IMG/VR virus record: IMGVR_UViG_3300020047_008132
Coordinates: 4,325 to 68,324 of that record
Source: a virus
Lineage: Duplodnaviria; Caudoviricetes
Reading direction: 5' to 3' (one strand)
DNA: 64,000 nucleotides
Part shown: positions 8,340 through 17,370 of the stretch, piece after piece
Layout of the letters: each line of letters starts with the position of its first letter
Numbering within the stretch: position 1 is the stretch's first letter
The notes under the pieces: model-generated
The model's database searches: none
What the model was told of the DNA's origin: nothing
Seen by the model: only the letters and a program-made list of their open reading frames with translations
Translations under genes and position numbers: made by a program

Positions 8340-10081
8340 GCAACATCATTCATTACTTCTTGCTTCTCTGAATTAGCCTTAATGATCGCATCAGCATAGC
8401 CGGCAATAGTCTTAGCCTTTTCTTCGTACGACTTAGCCGCAAATTCAGCATCTGCATTCATGGCCATCTTCACAAATGATGCAATGTTGCAGGAAATAAT
8501 GTAATCCTTTTCAGTAATTCCGCCGTTTTGCAGTTGTAACACCTTATCATCCTCAGCAACACCGGCCAATGGATTGAGGATGTAGATATTTACCATGAAA
8601 TCCTTTGTCTTATCATCAGCGTTGAACTTGGCATTTGCGTAGTCAATTTCCAAGGCCGATACGATAGATGGATTCACCTTTGCATTTTTGGCTGAAGTCA
8701 ATTCCTGCAAAATGTAGTTAGATGAAATCAGGTCGAACTTTTGTGGAACCGGTATCTTTGGCAACTGCTTTTCTCGCTTATCTTTATCAACATTCGCGTA
8801 GCGGTAGTCATTGATCATCTTGTAAACACGATCAATCACCCTTACAATATCCTCTGCAATAGTGGCTACAAAGGTATTGAGTGAATCACGGTCCACCTCC
8901 TTCGACACGCCGGATTCAGAAAGCGGCACGTCGGCCAGAAATTCCATGTTGATCGCCGCCAGTCCATCAAAGATATGCGCCTTCACCCTCTTATCCTGAA
9001 TCTCCACGATCTTCGTGTCCTTCGTGACATATCCCACAAATGGGTTAGGCAGTGCCTGCTCTGTGGCTGAATTAGGCCTTAGTGAGATATGCTCGTAAGG
9101 ATTGAATGGTATATATCCGGTTCCCTTGCACGTTTCGCATTGAGATGAAATTATTTGTCCCTCTTTGCCTTTGGTAGTTACCGTTCCGGTTGAATGGCAC
9201 TTCTTACAGTCCTGGTTAGTATATGACCACATCAGCGAGTGAATATGCTGAACAACCTCTGCTTGTAAGTCTGAATATTCCCTTACCGCTTCATCCCATG
9301 AAGGAATACAATTTATAATCCTGGATTCAAAGATGAAATGCCTTTCGTACACTTTAAAGAATTGCGCCCCTATCATAAAGGCCGGAAGATACCCAAGCCC
9401 ATGCTCAAAAGGCTCGCCTGCCATCATTGCGCCTTTTTCATCAATCTGCTCATACCGTGTTATGGACTGCGCCGTAACTGCATAAAGGATAAGTCCATCC
9501 TTCACCTGTCCGCCCTTTGTTTTATAGGTGGAAGTGTTTTGTGAACGCAACACAGCATATTCGCCAGGCATGAAATCCCAAACCTGATCAGAATTGAAAA
9601 CGAAAGGATATGGTTTGTAATAGTCGGCCTCCTCAACAGTCTGCTCCAATGGCATAACTAATATGACGCTGTTCGGATCAACCACGTAGTTTTTTAAAAG
9701 GACATTAAACGCCCAATTTGTAACGCTATTGAAATCCAGCGGGAAGTTCTTTTCGCAATAATCATTAAGCCTTTCACCTTCACGCCCGGAGGTAAGACTT
9801 TTTTCATCATACTTCACATACCACCCTTCAGCCTTGCGTATCTTGCCAAGTTCGGTCAGCACCTTTCCAAATGCGCCTTTCGTCTTTGACTTATAAATAG
9901 CCTCTCTGTATTTCTTGATGGTGTCTGATTCACCGGGCCTGCGTTCCCCAATCAGTGTTTTTGGAAACTCTCCGTCAGAATGAATTTTAATTTCAGCAGC
10001 CATTTTACAAGTTAAAGGGTAGGCCGGATGCCTGTATGGTGATTTGCCTATGTACTTTTCAATCTTAATTTCTTCCATCAT
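8336..10081 (-). CDS. Portal protein with inserted CxxC zinc finger
   Basis: 581 aa, precedes minor head gene; CKKCHSTG..CETCKGTG insert. Confidence 0.65.
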   Translation of the reverse strand: MMEEIKIEKYIGKSPYRHPAYPLTCKMAAEIKIHSDGEFPKTLIGERRPGESDTIKKYREAIYKSKTKGAFGKVLTELGKIRKAEGWYVKYDEKSLTSGREGERLNDYCEKNFPLDFNSVTNWAFNVLLKNYVVDPNSVILVMPLEQTVEEADYYKPYPFVFNSDQVWDFMPGEYAVLRSQNTSTYKTKGGQVKDGLILYAVTAQSITRYEQIDEKGAMMAGEPFEHGLGYLPAFMIGAQFFKVYERHFIFESRIINCIPSWDEAVREYSDLQAEVVQHIHSLMWSYTNQDCKKCHSTGTVTTKGKEGQIISSQCETCKGTGYIPFNPYEHISLRPNSATEQALPNPFVGYVTKDTKIVEIQDKRVKAHIFDGLAAINMEFLADVPLSESGVSKEVDRDSLNTFVATIAEDIVRVIDRVYKMINDYRYANVDKDKREKQLPKIPVPQKFDLISSNYILQELTSAKNAKVNPSIVSALEIDYANAKFNADDKTKDFMVNIYILNPLAGVAEDDKVLQLQNGGITEKDYIISCNIASFVKMAMNADAEFAAKSYEEKAKTIAGYADAIIKANSEKQEVMNDVA

Positions 10082-10944
10082 TATATTTTTTGCCGTTCGG
10101 GTAAGTATTTAATTTTGTCACGCAGTTCAAACGGATGCAAAAGCCCCATTTGCTTAAATACCGATTTTACCCGGTTGTTATAAAACGTCCGCATCCGTGC
10201 CGTAGCAACCTTTCCTCCGGCTGAATACAGGTAGTAGTTATTCCAAATATCGCTGTCCTGGTAGCCATTGCGGGCATTCACATAGGCCCAGAAAGACGGA
10301 CGCCACATATCTTTATGTGGGTAGTTGTCCTGTAATATTGAAGCAACAGAAAAAGCAAACTCATCAGGCATTGAGCCGGCAAACTCACGCGGCGCGATAA
10401 GCGGAGCGTCCCATGTATCCTTTACCAATTCAAAGTAATTGTGGTTTTTATCTGTCTTTTTAAACCATATCACCTCTGTTGAAAGTGAATAGTACCTGCC
10501 TGCCGTAAGCTGATAAGCCTCTTTCAAATCCGATGGCTCCACCCAATACATTGAATTACGCTCGTTCATTCCTGGCAGTTTCTTCCCTGTTGCCATATCA
10601 GCAAAGCCATGGTTGGCAATAGTGAAGTCAACTTGCGACAATTCAGCAAACAATTCAGACGGCTTATTCTTCAGCCAAATAGTATCAGCGTCAATAAATA
10701 ACGTGTCATCAAATGGCGTAAGATCGTAAAGCCTTGTTTTTAGTCGCAAGGCGTGTTCCTGGCCTTCATAGCGTATCATTTCAACTCCATCGAACAAAGT
10801 ATTGCCTTCAAGCGATTTGAGTGCCACAGCGTCATAAATGAGCGCAATAGGCACGTTTTCCGTCGCCTTAATACTTGCGATCAGGTTATAAGCCATCCTG
10901 CCGTAGTACTGATTGCCTGTTGCTATGATTAAAATACCGGTCAT
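10081..10944 (-). CDS. GT-A fold glycosyltransferase
   Basis: LKTRLYDLTPFDDTLFIDAD (DxD) motif. Confidence 0.7.
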   Translation of the reverse strand: MTGILIIATGNQYYGRMAYNLIASIKATENVPIALIYDAVALKSLEGNTLFDGVEMIRYEGQEHALRLKTRLYDLTPFDDTLFIDADTIWLKNKPSELFAELSQVDFTIANHGFADMATGKKLPGMNERNSMYWVEPSDLKEAYQLTAGRYYSLSTEVIWFKKTDKNHNYFELVKDTWDAPLIAPREFAGSMPDEFAFSVASILQDNYPHKDMWRPSFWAYVNARNGYQDSDIWNNYYLYSAGGKVATARMRTFYNNRVKSVFKQMGLLHPFELRDKIKYLPERQKI

Positions 10945-12077
10945 GTGGCAGCGCAGTTTGAATTAACCTGATAGTATGGGTAAGGCTTCACTTTAAATGT
11001 CCCCATGCCGATATCGGTAGTGAATCCCTCAACCTCCGCCCATTCAATCTCATACTGCCCTTCACTGACATAGCTTGTAAACCGGCTTTCGCCTGATCGC
11101 TTCATCCCGAAGTCGTCATGCTTCATGGCAATAGCAAGCCTGAAGTGGAAAGATTCTCCGCCCCAGTCTGTCTTCCCCTGGAATAGTTTTTCAAAAGTTG
11201 CCTGTAATGTTTTATATGTGCCGTCTGAAAACCGGAACACATTTTCATTTACCACCGGCTGCGGCTTTTCGATCAGGATAGGCAGCCGGACGATATTGTA
11301 AAATTCGTCGTTTGTTTCGTAGTCGAAATCAAAAGCATTTTCAGAGTTTCGGTACTTAATCACAGTCGTATAGCAATCGCTTGCCTGGTACTTAAGGCAG
11401 TTTGAACAGGCGATCAAGTCATCTTCATTTGAAGTGATATCGGCCGTGAACACCTCCGCCCCAACTGTTACATTGCCATACACCGGGCCTGATGAATGAA
11501 TGGTGATAATGCTTATTCCGTAAGGGATAGTTATTTGCAGTTGCACGTTATCCCCTGTTAAATCCTCTATTGCATTTGCAATATCTTGGGCGTCGGAAAT
11601 ATCATAAACACCAGATACCGGGCTTCCTCCAATCACTACCGATATTGTTATGTCAGTTCCGGTTATGCCGGTGAAGTCCTGATAAGCGTAACTGTCGCCG
11701 CTTACCCTTACGATGCCTAAGTAAAAACACTGTCCTTCCTCAAGTATTTCCGCAAAGTTGAAATCCTCATTTATTGTTATCAACCCATAGGCCAAATCCT
11801 CTGCGCTTAAATGAGACCATAGCACGGTCGCAAATACGTCGGTAGTGGAATAGTAGCCTGTTGGCATTTCGATAATGTCGGCAATGTCGCATTCTGAAAA
11901 TAGCTTTATGACGTATTCATTCTGCCCTGGCGCGGATTCAACCTCATTTGCAATAAGCTGAAAGGAGATGTCCTCACTCCTTACCACAGGTAGGCAGGCG
12001 TTGACTTGCAACACACAATCATCCTCCTCGGCAATGCCGGAGAATTGGATAAAGCTATTTTCAGGCGCGTATATCAT
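10941..12077 (-). CDS. Putative tail/structural protein
   Basis: Acidic, beta-rich, within the tail block. Confidence 0.45.
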   Translation of the reverse strand: MIYAPENSFIQFSGIAEEDDCVLQVNACLPVVRSEDISFQLIANEVESAPGQNEYVIKLFSECDIADIIEMPTGYYSTTDVFATVLWSHLSAEDLAYGLITINEDFNFAEILEEGQCFYLGIVRVSGDSYAYQDFTGITGTDITISVVIGGSPVSGVYDISDAQDIANAIEDLTGDNVQLQITIPYGISIITIHSSGPVYGNVTVGAEVFTADITSNEDDLIACSNCLKYQASDCYTTVIKYRNSENAFDFDYETNDEFYNIVRLPILIEKPQPVVNENVFRFSDGTYKTLQATFEKLFQGKTDWGGESFHFRLAIAMKHDDFGMKRSGESRFTSYVSEGQYEIEWAEVEGFTTDIGMGTFKVKPYPYYQVNSNCAAT

Positions 12078-12079
12078 TG

Positions 12080-12544
12080 CTATTCTGTTTCAGGTATCAT
12101 GTTCCCGATCAGAGGAACAAGAACGCTTGCGCTGATTGCGCCGCTTTCTATGGCCTGATCTAAAACACTTTGGTTAAATGTGTTAAGCTGAATATCATGC
12201 TCCTCATTTACATACTCCTCTTTGATTTTCTTAGCCGCTTCAATGTCGGTGTACTTATGTACCACTGTCTGACCGGGCAGCAGTTTTGTTTCTTTGGTAA
12301 ATAGAACTTCTTTGCCGTCTTCGGTGACAATGTTTGCAAACTGATCACCGACGTAATTAATCGGATCGCCTTTTTCGTCCTTTTCAAAAAGCATCTTTTG
12401 CGCTTCAGTGAAGTCGCTGTCGGCGTGCTTTACTACCGAATTGATCTTTGATAGGTTACGAGCGATCACAAGAGCCAATGATGTCGGCGTCTTTGCCAGT
12501 TCGTCCAATGCTGCTTTAATCTGTTTTAATTGGTCAATCTTCAT
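12080..12544 (-). CDS. Hypothetical protein (possible fibre chaperone)
   Basis: Follows tail fibre gene. Confidence 0.4.
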   Translation of the reverse strand: MKIDQLKQIKAALDELAKTPTSLALVIARNLSKINSVVKHADSDFTEAQKMLFEKDEKGDPINYVGDQFANIVTEDGKEVLFTKETKLLPGQTVVHKYTDIEAAKKIKEEYVNEEHDIQLNTFNQSVLDQAIESGAISASVLVPLIGNMIPETE

Positions 12545-12566
12545 GATTTATTTATTGGTTTTGGTT

Positions 12567-15020
12567 TTATGCTGTAAAGTAAATTACTGTTACCTGTAAC
12601 TGTAATGCAGATGTTGAACCAAAGATAAGAAGTATTTCAAATGCGCTGTTGCCTGAGTTGCGGCGTATGCCTCCGCGTATCGCTGATGGGTTTGCTGTTT
12701 GGTTTGCTTCAACCCTTGCACCGGTTATCGGGTACATATATTCACTTGCCGCGTCGCCTGATGCAGCAAGTACGGCAGGAGCGGGTGCGGTTGATGGAAA
12801 AGTCACTATGCAAGTTGTATTGGTTGTTCCTGTGGATGTGTATAAAACAGAAATGGTTAATATTACCATGTTGCCAATTCTTGACATGACATACTTCTGA
12901 GAAACGATTGTTGACGGCGGTGTGCTGTTCCATGTAAATGTGCCGTCGTAGTCAGCAATAACATCATTGCGGTAATTGGTCAATGTGTATGCTGCCGTTC
13001 CACTGGTGTTATTCACGGCCATTGTATAGGCTGTCCCGGTAAGCTGCGTGGCTACGATGGATTTGTTTGTAAGCGTTTGTGTGCCGTCCAATGTGGCTAC
13101 GCTTGTGGCATTTGTTCCTGCCGTAGTCACTCTTAAATCACCTGTCGAAACCGTTAATACTGCTGATGAATGAGTGATAACAGAGTTGCCGTTAGCGAAG
13201 TTGACCACCGCGCCTGATGCAAGGAAAAGGTCGGAAAATGAAAGCGTGCCACTGCCTAATGCTGCGCCGTCATTAGAACCAGGAAGTAAAGTTGTGTTGA
13301 TCGCTACGGCTGCAAGATTTGATAACGCCGTATTTGCACCTGTTCCTGCTGGTACTGCCCAAGTTGTTACACCTGAACCATTGGTTTGTAAAAATTCACC
13401 TGAATTACCATCTGTGGTAGGCAATGTAAGCGTCCAGGTTCCGGCTGCGGCGGCTGATTGTACTGTAACTGTTCCTGAAGTTGCGCCATTGAATTTTAAT
13501 GTTCCGGTTAGAGTCCCTGCAAGTCCGGCAAATAATCCTGTGGCATCAAAGCCTCCTACCAAAGCACTATTTACCGAAACCCCTATTTCTGCACCTGCGC
13601 CTTTTAGATATATCCCCGAACTTGCATCAGACAAAAAACTTAATGATGGTGCAACAATAGAGCCTGAGCGTACTTGTAGTGCGGTATCAGTAAATTGGTG
13701 ATAGACTAAATTGCTAAATGATATTTCTATTAATCCTGCTGTATTATCATCTATTGCAGGCGTCTTAATCCCATTCGTAAACACCTGCGCCTGACTTGTC
13801 GCACCTGTCGTCGCTCCATCAACCGTCAAATACGTCCCGCTTAAACTTGGAATATCAGCCGCCACAAGAACCCTGAATGTCGGTGCCGCATCGGCTCCCG
13901 TTGCTGGCCCGGCAAACACTTTATTGGCATTCTGTGTATTGAGCGAAAATGATAAAGCCGGAGTAGTTGTTACCGTTGCTTCAGAGGTCGTGAATAGCGG
14001 GGAAAGGTCACCGGCCGAGAAGGATGTGACGGTTCCTGAGCCGCCGGATGGCGCAATCCACGAAAGAACACCGCCGCCATTTGTTGAAAGTATGTCCCCC
14101 CCATTACCGTCATTTGTTGGCAATGTTAATCCATATGTGCCTGCATTATCGGCAACATTAATAGTTACAGTGCCAGAAGTTAGCCCGTTAAGTTGTATTT
14201 TTCCGCCAACACTTCCATTCGCTCCGAGAAATATCCCATTTGCATCAAACCCTCCTACTAAAACTCCTGCTATTGATGCGCCTATTTCTGTTGTTGATTT
14301 ATAATAAAATCCATGATTTGAGTTGAATTTATAAGATGGATTTGCCGCTGATCCATCTATTACGGTTATGCCATTGGTATTAATTGCAGCTTTTTGAACT
14401 GTTGATATTGTAAATGATATTCCCCCTGTTGCATTATCGTCAACTATCGGAGCCTTTACTCCATTGGTAAATACTTGCGCCTGTGCGGTTGCGCCTGTAG
14501 TTGCTCCGTCAGTGGTCAGGAAAGAACCTATTGCGGCAGTAGCCCATGTAAGTACTCCACTACCATTCGTTTGTAAAAATTGTAAATTATTGCCGTCAGT
14601 TGTTGGTAATGTTAGAGTATAAGTAGTAGCATCAGGAACTCCAATAGTTACTATCCCACTTGTTGCACCTTGCAACTGTATTTCTTTTGTTTGCAGAAAA
14701 GTTGATATGCCAACCCCGCCGCCCGCATTTATTGTTAAGCTATTCCCTGCTACATCAATAGTTGCATCGATGCCAACAAATCCGAGCGTAGAAGTGCCAT
14801 CGTTCCAAATTAAAGAAGGACTGCTCGTTATCCCACTACCTGTACCATAAACTATTTGCGTAGAAGGCACGGACAAACCAAAAGCAGAAGCTAAAGCAGT
14901 TTTTACCGCCCCATGCGTAACCTTTTTCGTTTCCGTTGCTGATGTGTCAACAATTACATAAAGGTCATCATCCGCAAATGTCGCAAGTGCCGTAAGCTGG
15001 GAAATCTTTAAATCTGCCAT
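12567..15020 (-). CDS. Tail fibre with internal repeats
   Basis: MADLKISQL N-terminus; G/T/S rich; three LTLPT(T/N)DGN..L(Q/S)TNG.GV..W repeats. Confidence 0.75.
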   Translation of the reverse strand: MADLKISQLTALATFADDDLYVIVDTSATETKKVTHGAVKTALASAFGLSVPSTQIVYGTGSGITSSPSLIWNDGTSTLGFVGIDATIDVAGNSLTINAGGGVGISTFLQTKEIQLQGATSGIVTIGVPDATTYTLTLPTTDGNNLQFLQTNGSGVLTWATAAIGSFLTTDGATTGATAQAQVFTNGVKAPIVDDNATGGISFTISTVQKAAINTNGITVIDGSAANPSYKFNSNHGFYYKSTTEIGASIAGVLVGGFDANGIFLGANGSVGGKIQLNGLTSGTVTINVADNAGTYGLTLPTNDGNGGDILSTNGGGVLSWIAPSGGSGTVTSFSAGDLSPLFTTSEATVTTTPALSFSLNTQNANKVFAGPATGADAAPTFRVLVAADIPSLSGTYLTVDGATTGATSQAQVFTNGIKTPAIDDNTAGLIEISFSNLVYHQFTDTALQVRSGSIVAPSLSFLSDASSGIYLKGAGAEIGVSVNSALVGGFDATGLFAGLAGTLTGTLKFNGATSGTVTVQSAAAAGTWTLTLPTTDGNSGEFLQTNGSGVTTWAVPAGTGANTALSNLAAVAINTTLLPGSNDGAALGSGTLSFSDLFLASGAVVNFANGNSVITHSSAVLTVSTGDLRVTTAGTNATSVATLDGTQTLTNKSIVATQLTGTAYTMAVNNTSGTAAYTLTNYRNDVIADYDGTFTWNSTPPSTIVSQKYVMSRIGNMVILTISVLYTSTGTTNTTCIVTFPSTAPAPAVLAASGDAASEYMYPITGARVEANQTANPSAIRGGIRRNSGNSAFEILLIFGSTSALQLQVTVIYFTA

Positions 15021-15036
15021 GTCAATTTTTAGTGTT

Positions 15037-17370
15037 TTAGTCCTGTCTTAATTTTCCTGAATCTTCCTGTAACAAGTAATCTCCATTTTCCTGTAAGATA
15101 AAATCCGACACCGTTCCTGCACCCAATGGCAACAACACAAACGTAGCAAGCCCCTGATTAGGCCGGTATTCAATCTCCCTTAAATAGCAATCCTGAAAGT
15201 CCGTCTGTTGCCCATACCTGACCTGAATAATACCGCGCGGATTGGCTTTCAAAAGCGAATAATCATCGAACGACAACGGATATTCAAACTCCCATGATTC
15301 CAATTTATAGATAGGTAACCCCTCATCCGGCGTTGCAAGCGTGTTGACGGTGATCTCCGGTTTCTGCTCCGATATTACAGCGTCCTCCAATACACAACCA
15401 TCTTCCAAAAGCCCCTCTGCAAGCGTGTTGCCGGTTCCTGTGGTGAAGTAAAGGCTGCCACTGGTCGAAGGGTCAACATATCCGGCCATGACCTTATTCA
15501 TCCACCGTAGCAAGTTCCTGATCGGTGAAATACGGTAGTTATACACCGTGTCGGGATCAATGATGTTTGCCGGAGTATCAATATTTCCCTGTTCAACCGT
15601 TATCCCGCCGTATTCCCTGGTAACACAAATGATAAAGTCGTCGTTATCATATCTCCAATCCTTTGAAGTTGTTGAAAACTGTTGCCGTGTGATTTCAATG
15701 GCATATCCGGAAGCAATCAGTTCGGAAATCTTCACCAATGAATTACGGATATTCTTTAACGACGTCCGGTATTTGCGCGACGTGTTGAATTCGTCAAGAC
15801 CGCTGAATTCCTCAGCCTCCCATTTCTGATACCCAAATTCGGCAGTCGAATAGTGTTCGTCGGTGATTACCGTCCGCTTTATGTCGGGAACTTTATCACA
15901 AATCAAAACGACCGTATCATCATAGAAATAGTCCGCCTGTTCAATACGAAGCCTGTCATATCCTGTCCGGTCGGTATCGGTCTCAATGCCTACGCCCAGG
16001 TTATGGATTGCGCTAAGGCTGTCAAATAGCTTCTTAAATGAAATCCTATGACTTGCGTCAGCATTGCGCCTGATTAATAACCCATTTGTGATGACCTCAA
16101 GGCTGCCACAGCCATCTTCAGCCGCGTCGTAAGGTTCGCTATCCGTGCGCCCGAAATAATCGCTGTAAACGCGAAGACATTTGTTTGTAATGCTTTCCGT
16201 TATCCGGCTCAATGCCTCATTCACCATTGACACGCTGGCATTGGTGGATGAATAGTTTGTTTCAAGTGTTACACGGAAATAGCTTTCTGATTGATCGGTG
16301 ACGGTGAAATTTATTTGTAGTTCGGATGGGTCAAGCGGAATAATCCTGCTGTAAGTGCCTGACACCTGAACCCGCCAATACATAGAAACTTCATCCCCGG
16401 TTAAAAGTGCTGATGGGAAAGCCCCGGAAAAAGTATAGTCAAAGGCTTCATTAAATGTCGCATGACAGCCGGAAAATGTATCCGTGTCAATGGTGTGAAC
16501 AGATGTAGATAAATCAGATGGCCTATACCTGATCATCTGTAATGTTATTACAACGTCCTCAAAATCATCCGTGCCACAGCCATCAAGTGTTAAGTTGGTA
16601 AGGAATGCAGTTAGTGATATGGTCGCCTTTTGCCTGATATTAAACACCCAGTCCGGCGATGGGTCGCCGGGGATAGCCTGAGCAACCCACAAAGGAGTGG
16701 CCGTTACATCAGTAACACTATCGCTTTCTCCTGCAATATGGTCTTCATTGATCCCATTGAGTTCATTAATAACATCCGTCGTCTTTAGCCAGATGTAAGG
16801 CTCAAATTCAATAAGCCCAATTCCGGTGTCGCTCCTTTCAGCCGTTTGAATATCACCGTCAGCCTCATCAGCATATAGCCATTCGTCAGTTTTTAAAATT
16901 GTTTTCGATGGCAGCAATATTTCTTTGTTGATCCATTCGTAAGGCTCCATCGTTTCGCCGTCCAAAGAAACAAGCGAACTCAATTCTACTTCCTGGTCTT
17001 GCCTGTTCTTAAAAGCCGAAAGACAGCTGTCATCTTCGATAACAACCTCCACAAAGCAGACATCTGATTCCTGAAATTGAACCTTTGTAAAATTTAGTTT
17101 CCCGGTGTAGAAATTCACATAGTCGTCACCATCATTACATTGAACGTCAATGATAATTCGCTGATAAGCCTCTACGCCGTCAGCATCATAGGCCGTCTTG
17201 ATGATATTATACCCAAGCCCATAAAACTTAAGCGGAATGGAGTACTCAAAGAATACACCGTGCAATATCTTATCCCGCTTGAAATTGAAGACGGCATCAG
17301 CCCATCCAACAGGGTTTTCAATCTCTGTTGCGGTATAACCACCGTCCTCTAAATAGAATTTCCAGATCAT
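15037..17370 (-). CDS. Tail/baseplate hub protein
   Basis: 777 aa acidic protein directly after tape measure. Confidence 0.55.
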   Translation of the reverse strand: MIWKFYLEDGGYTATEIENPVGWADAVFNFKRDKILHGVFFEYSIPLKFYGLGYNIIKTAYDADGVEAYQRIIIDVQCNDGDDYVNFYTGKLNFTKVQFQESDVCFVEVVIEDDSCLSAFKNRQDQEVELSSLVSLDGETMEPYEWINKEILLPSKTILKTDEWLYADEADGDIQTAERSDTGIGLIEFEPYIWLKTTDVINELNGINEDHIAGESDSVTDVTATPLWVAQAIPGDPSPDWVFNIRQKATISLTAFLTNLTLDGCGTDDFEDVVITLQMIRYRPSDLSTSVHTIDTDTFSGCHATFNEAFDYTFSGAFPSALLTGDEVSMYWRVQVSGTYSRIIPLDPSELQINFTVTDQSESYFRVTLETNYSSTNASVSMVNEALSRITESITNKCLRVYSDYFGRTDSEPYDAAEDGCGSLEVITNGLLIRRNADASHRISFKKLFDSLSAIHNLGVGIETDTDRTGYDRLRIEQADYFYDDTVVLICDKVPDIKRTVITDEHYSTAEFGYQKWEAEEFSGLDEFNTSRKYRTSLKNIRNSLVKISELIASGYAIEITRQQFSTTSKDWRYDNDDFIICVTREYGGITVEQGNIDTPANIIDPDTVYNYRISPIRNLLRWMNKVMAGYVDPSTSGSLYFTTGTGNTLAEGLLEDGCVLEDAVISEQKPEITVNTLATPDEGLPIYKLESWEFEYPLSFDDYSLLKANPRGIIQVRYGQQTDFQDCYLREIEYRPNQGLATFVLLPLGAGTVSDFILQENGDYLLQEDSGKLRQD

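Noticed and set aside
12567-15020. Diversity-generating retroelement in the tail fibre
   Set aside because: No reverse transcriptase in the window; repeat differences are not adenine-specific
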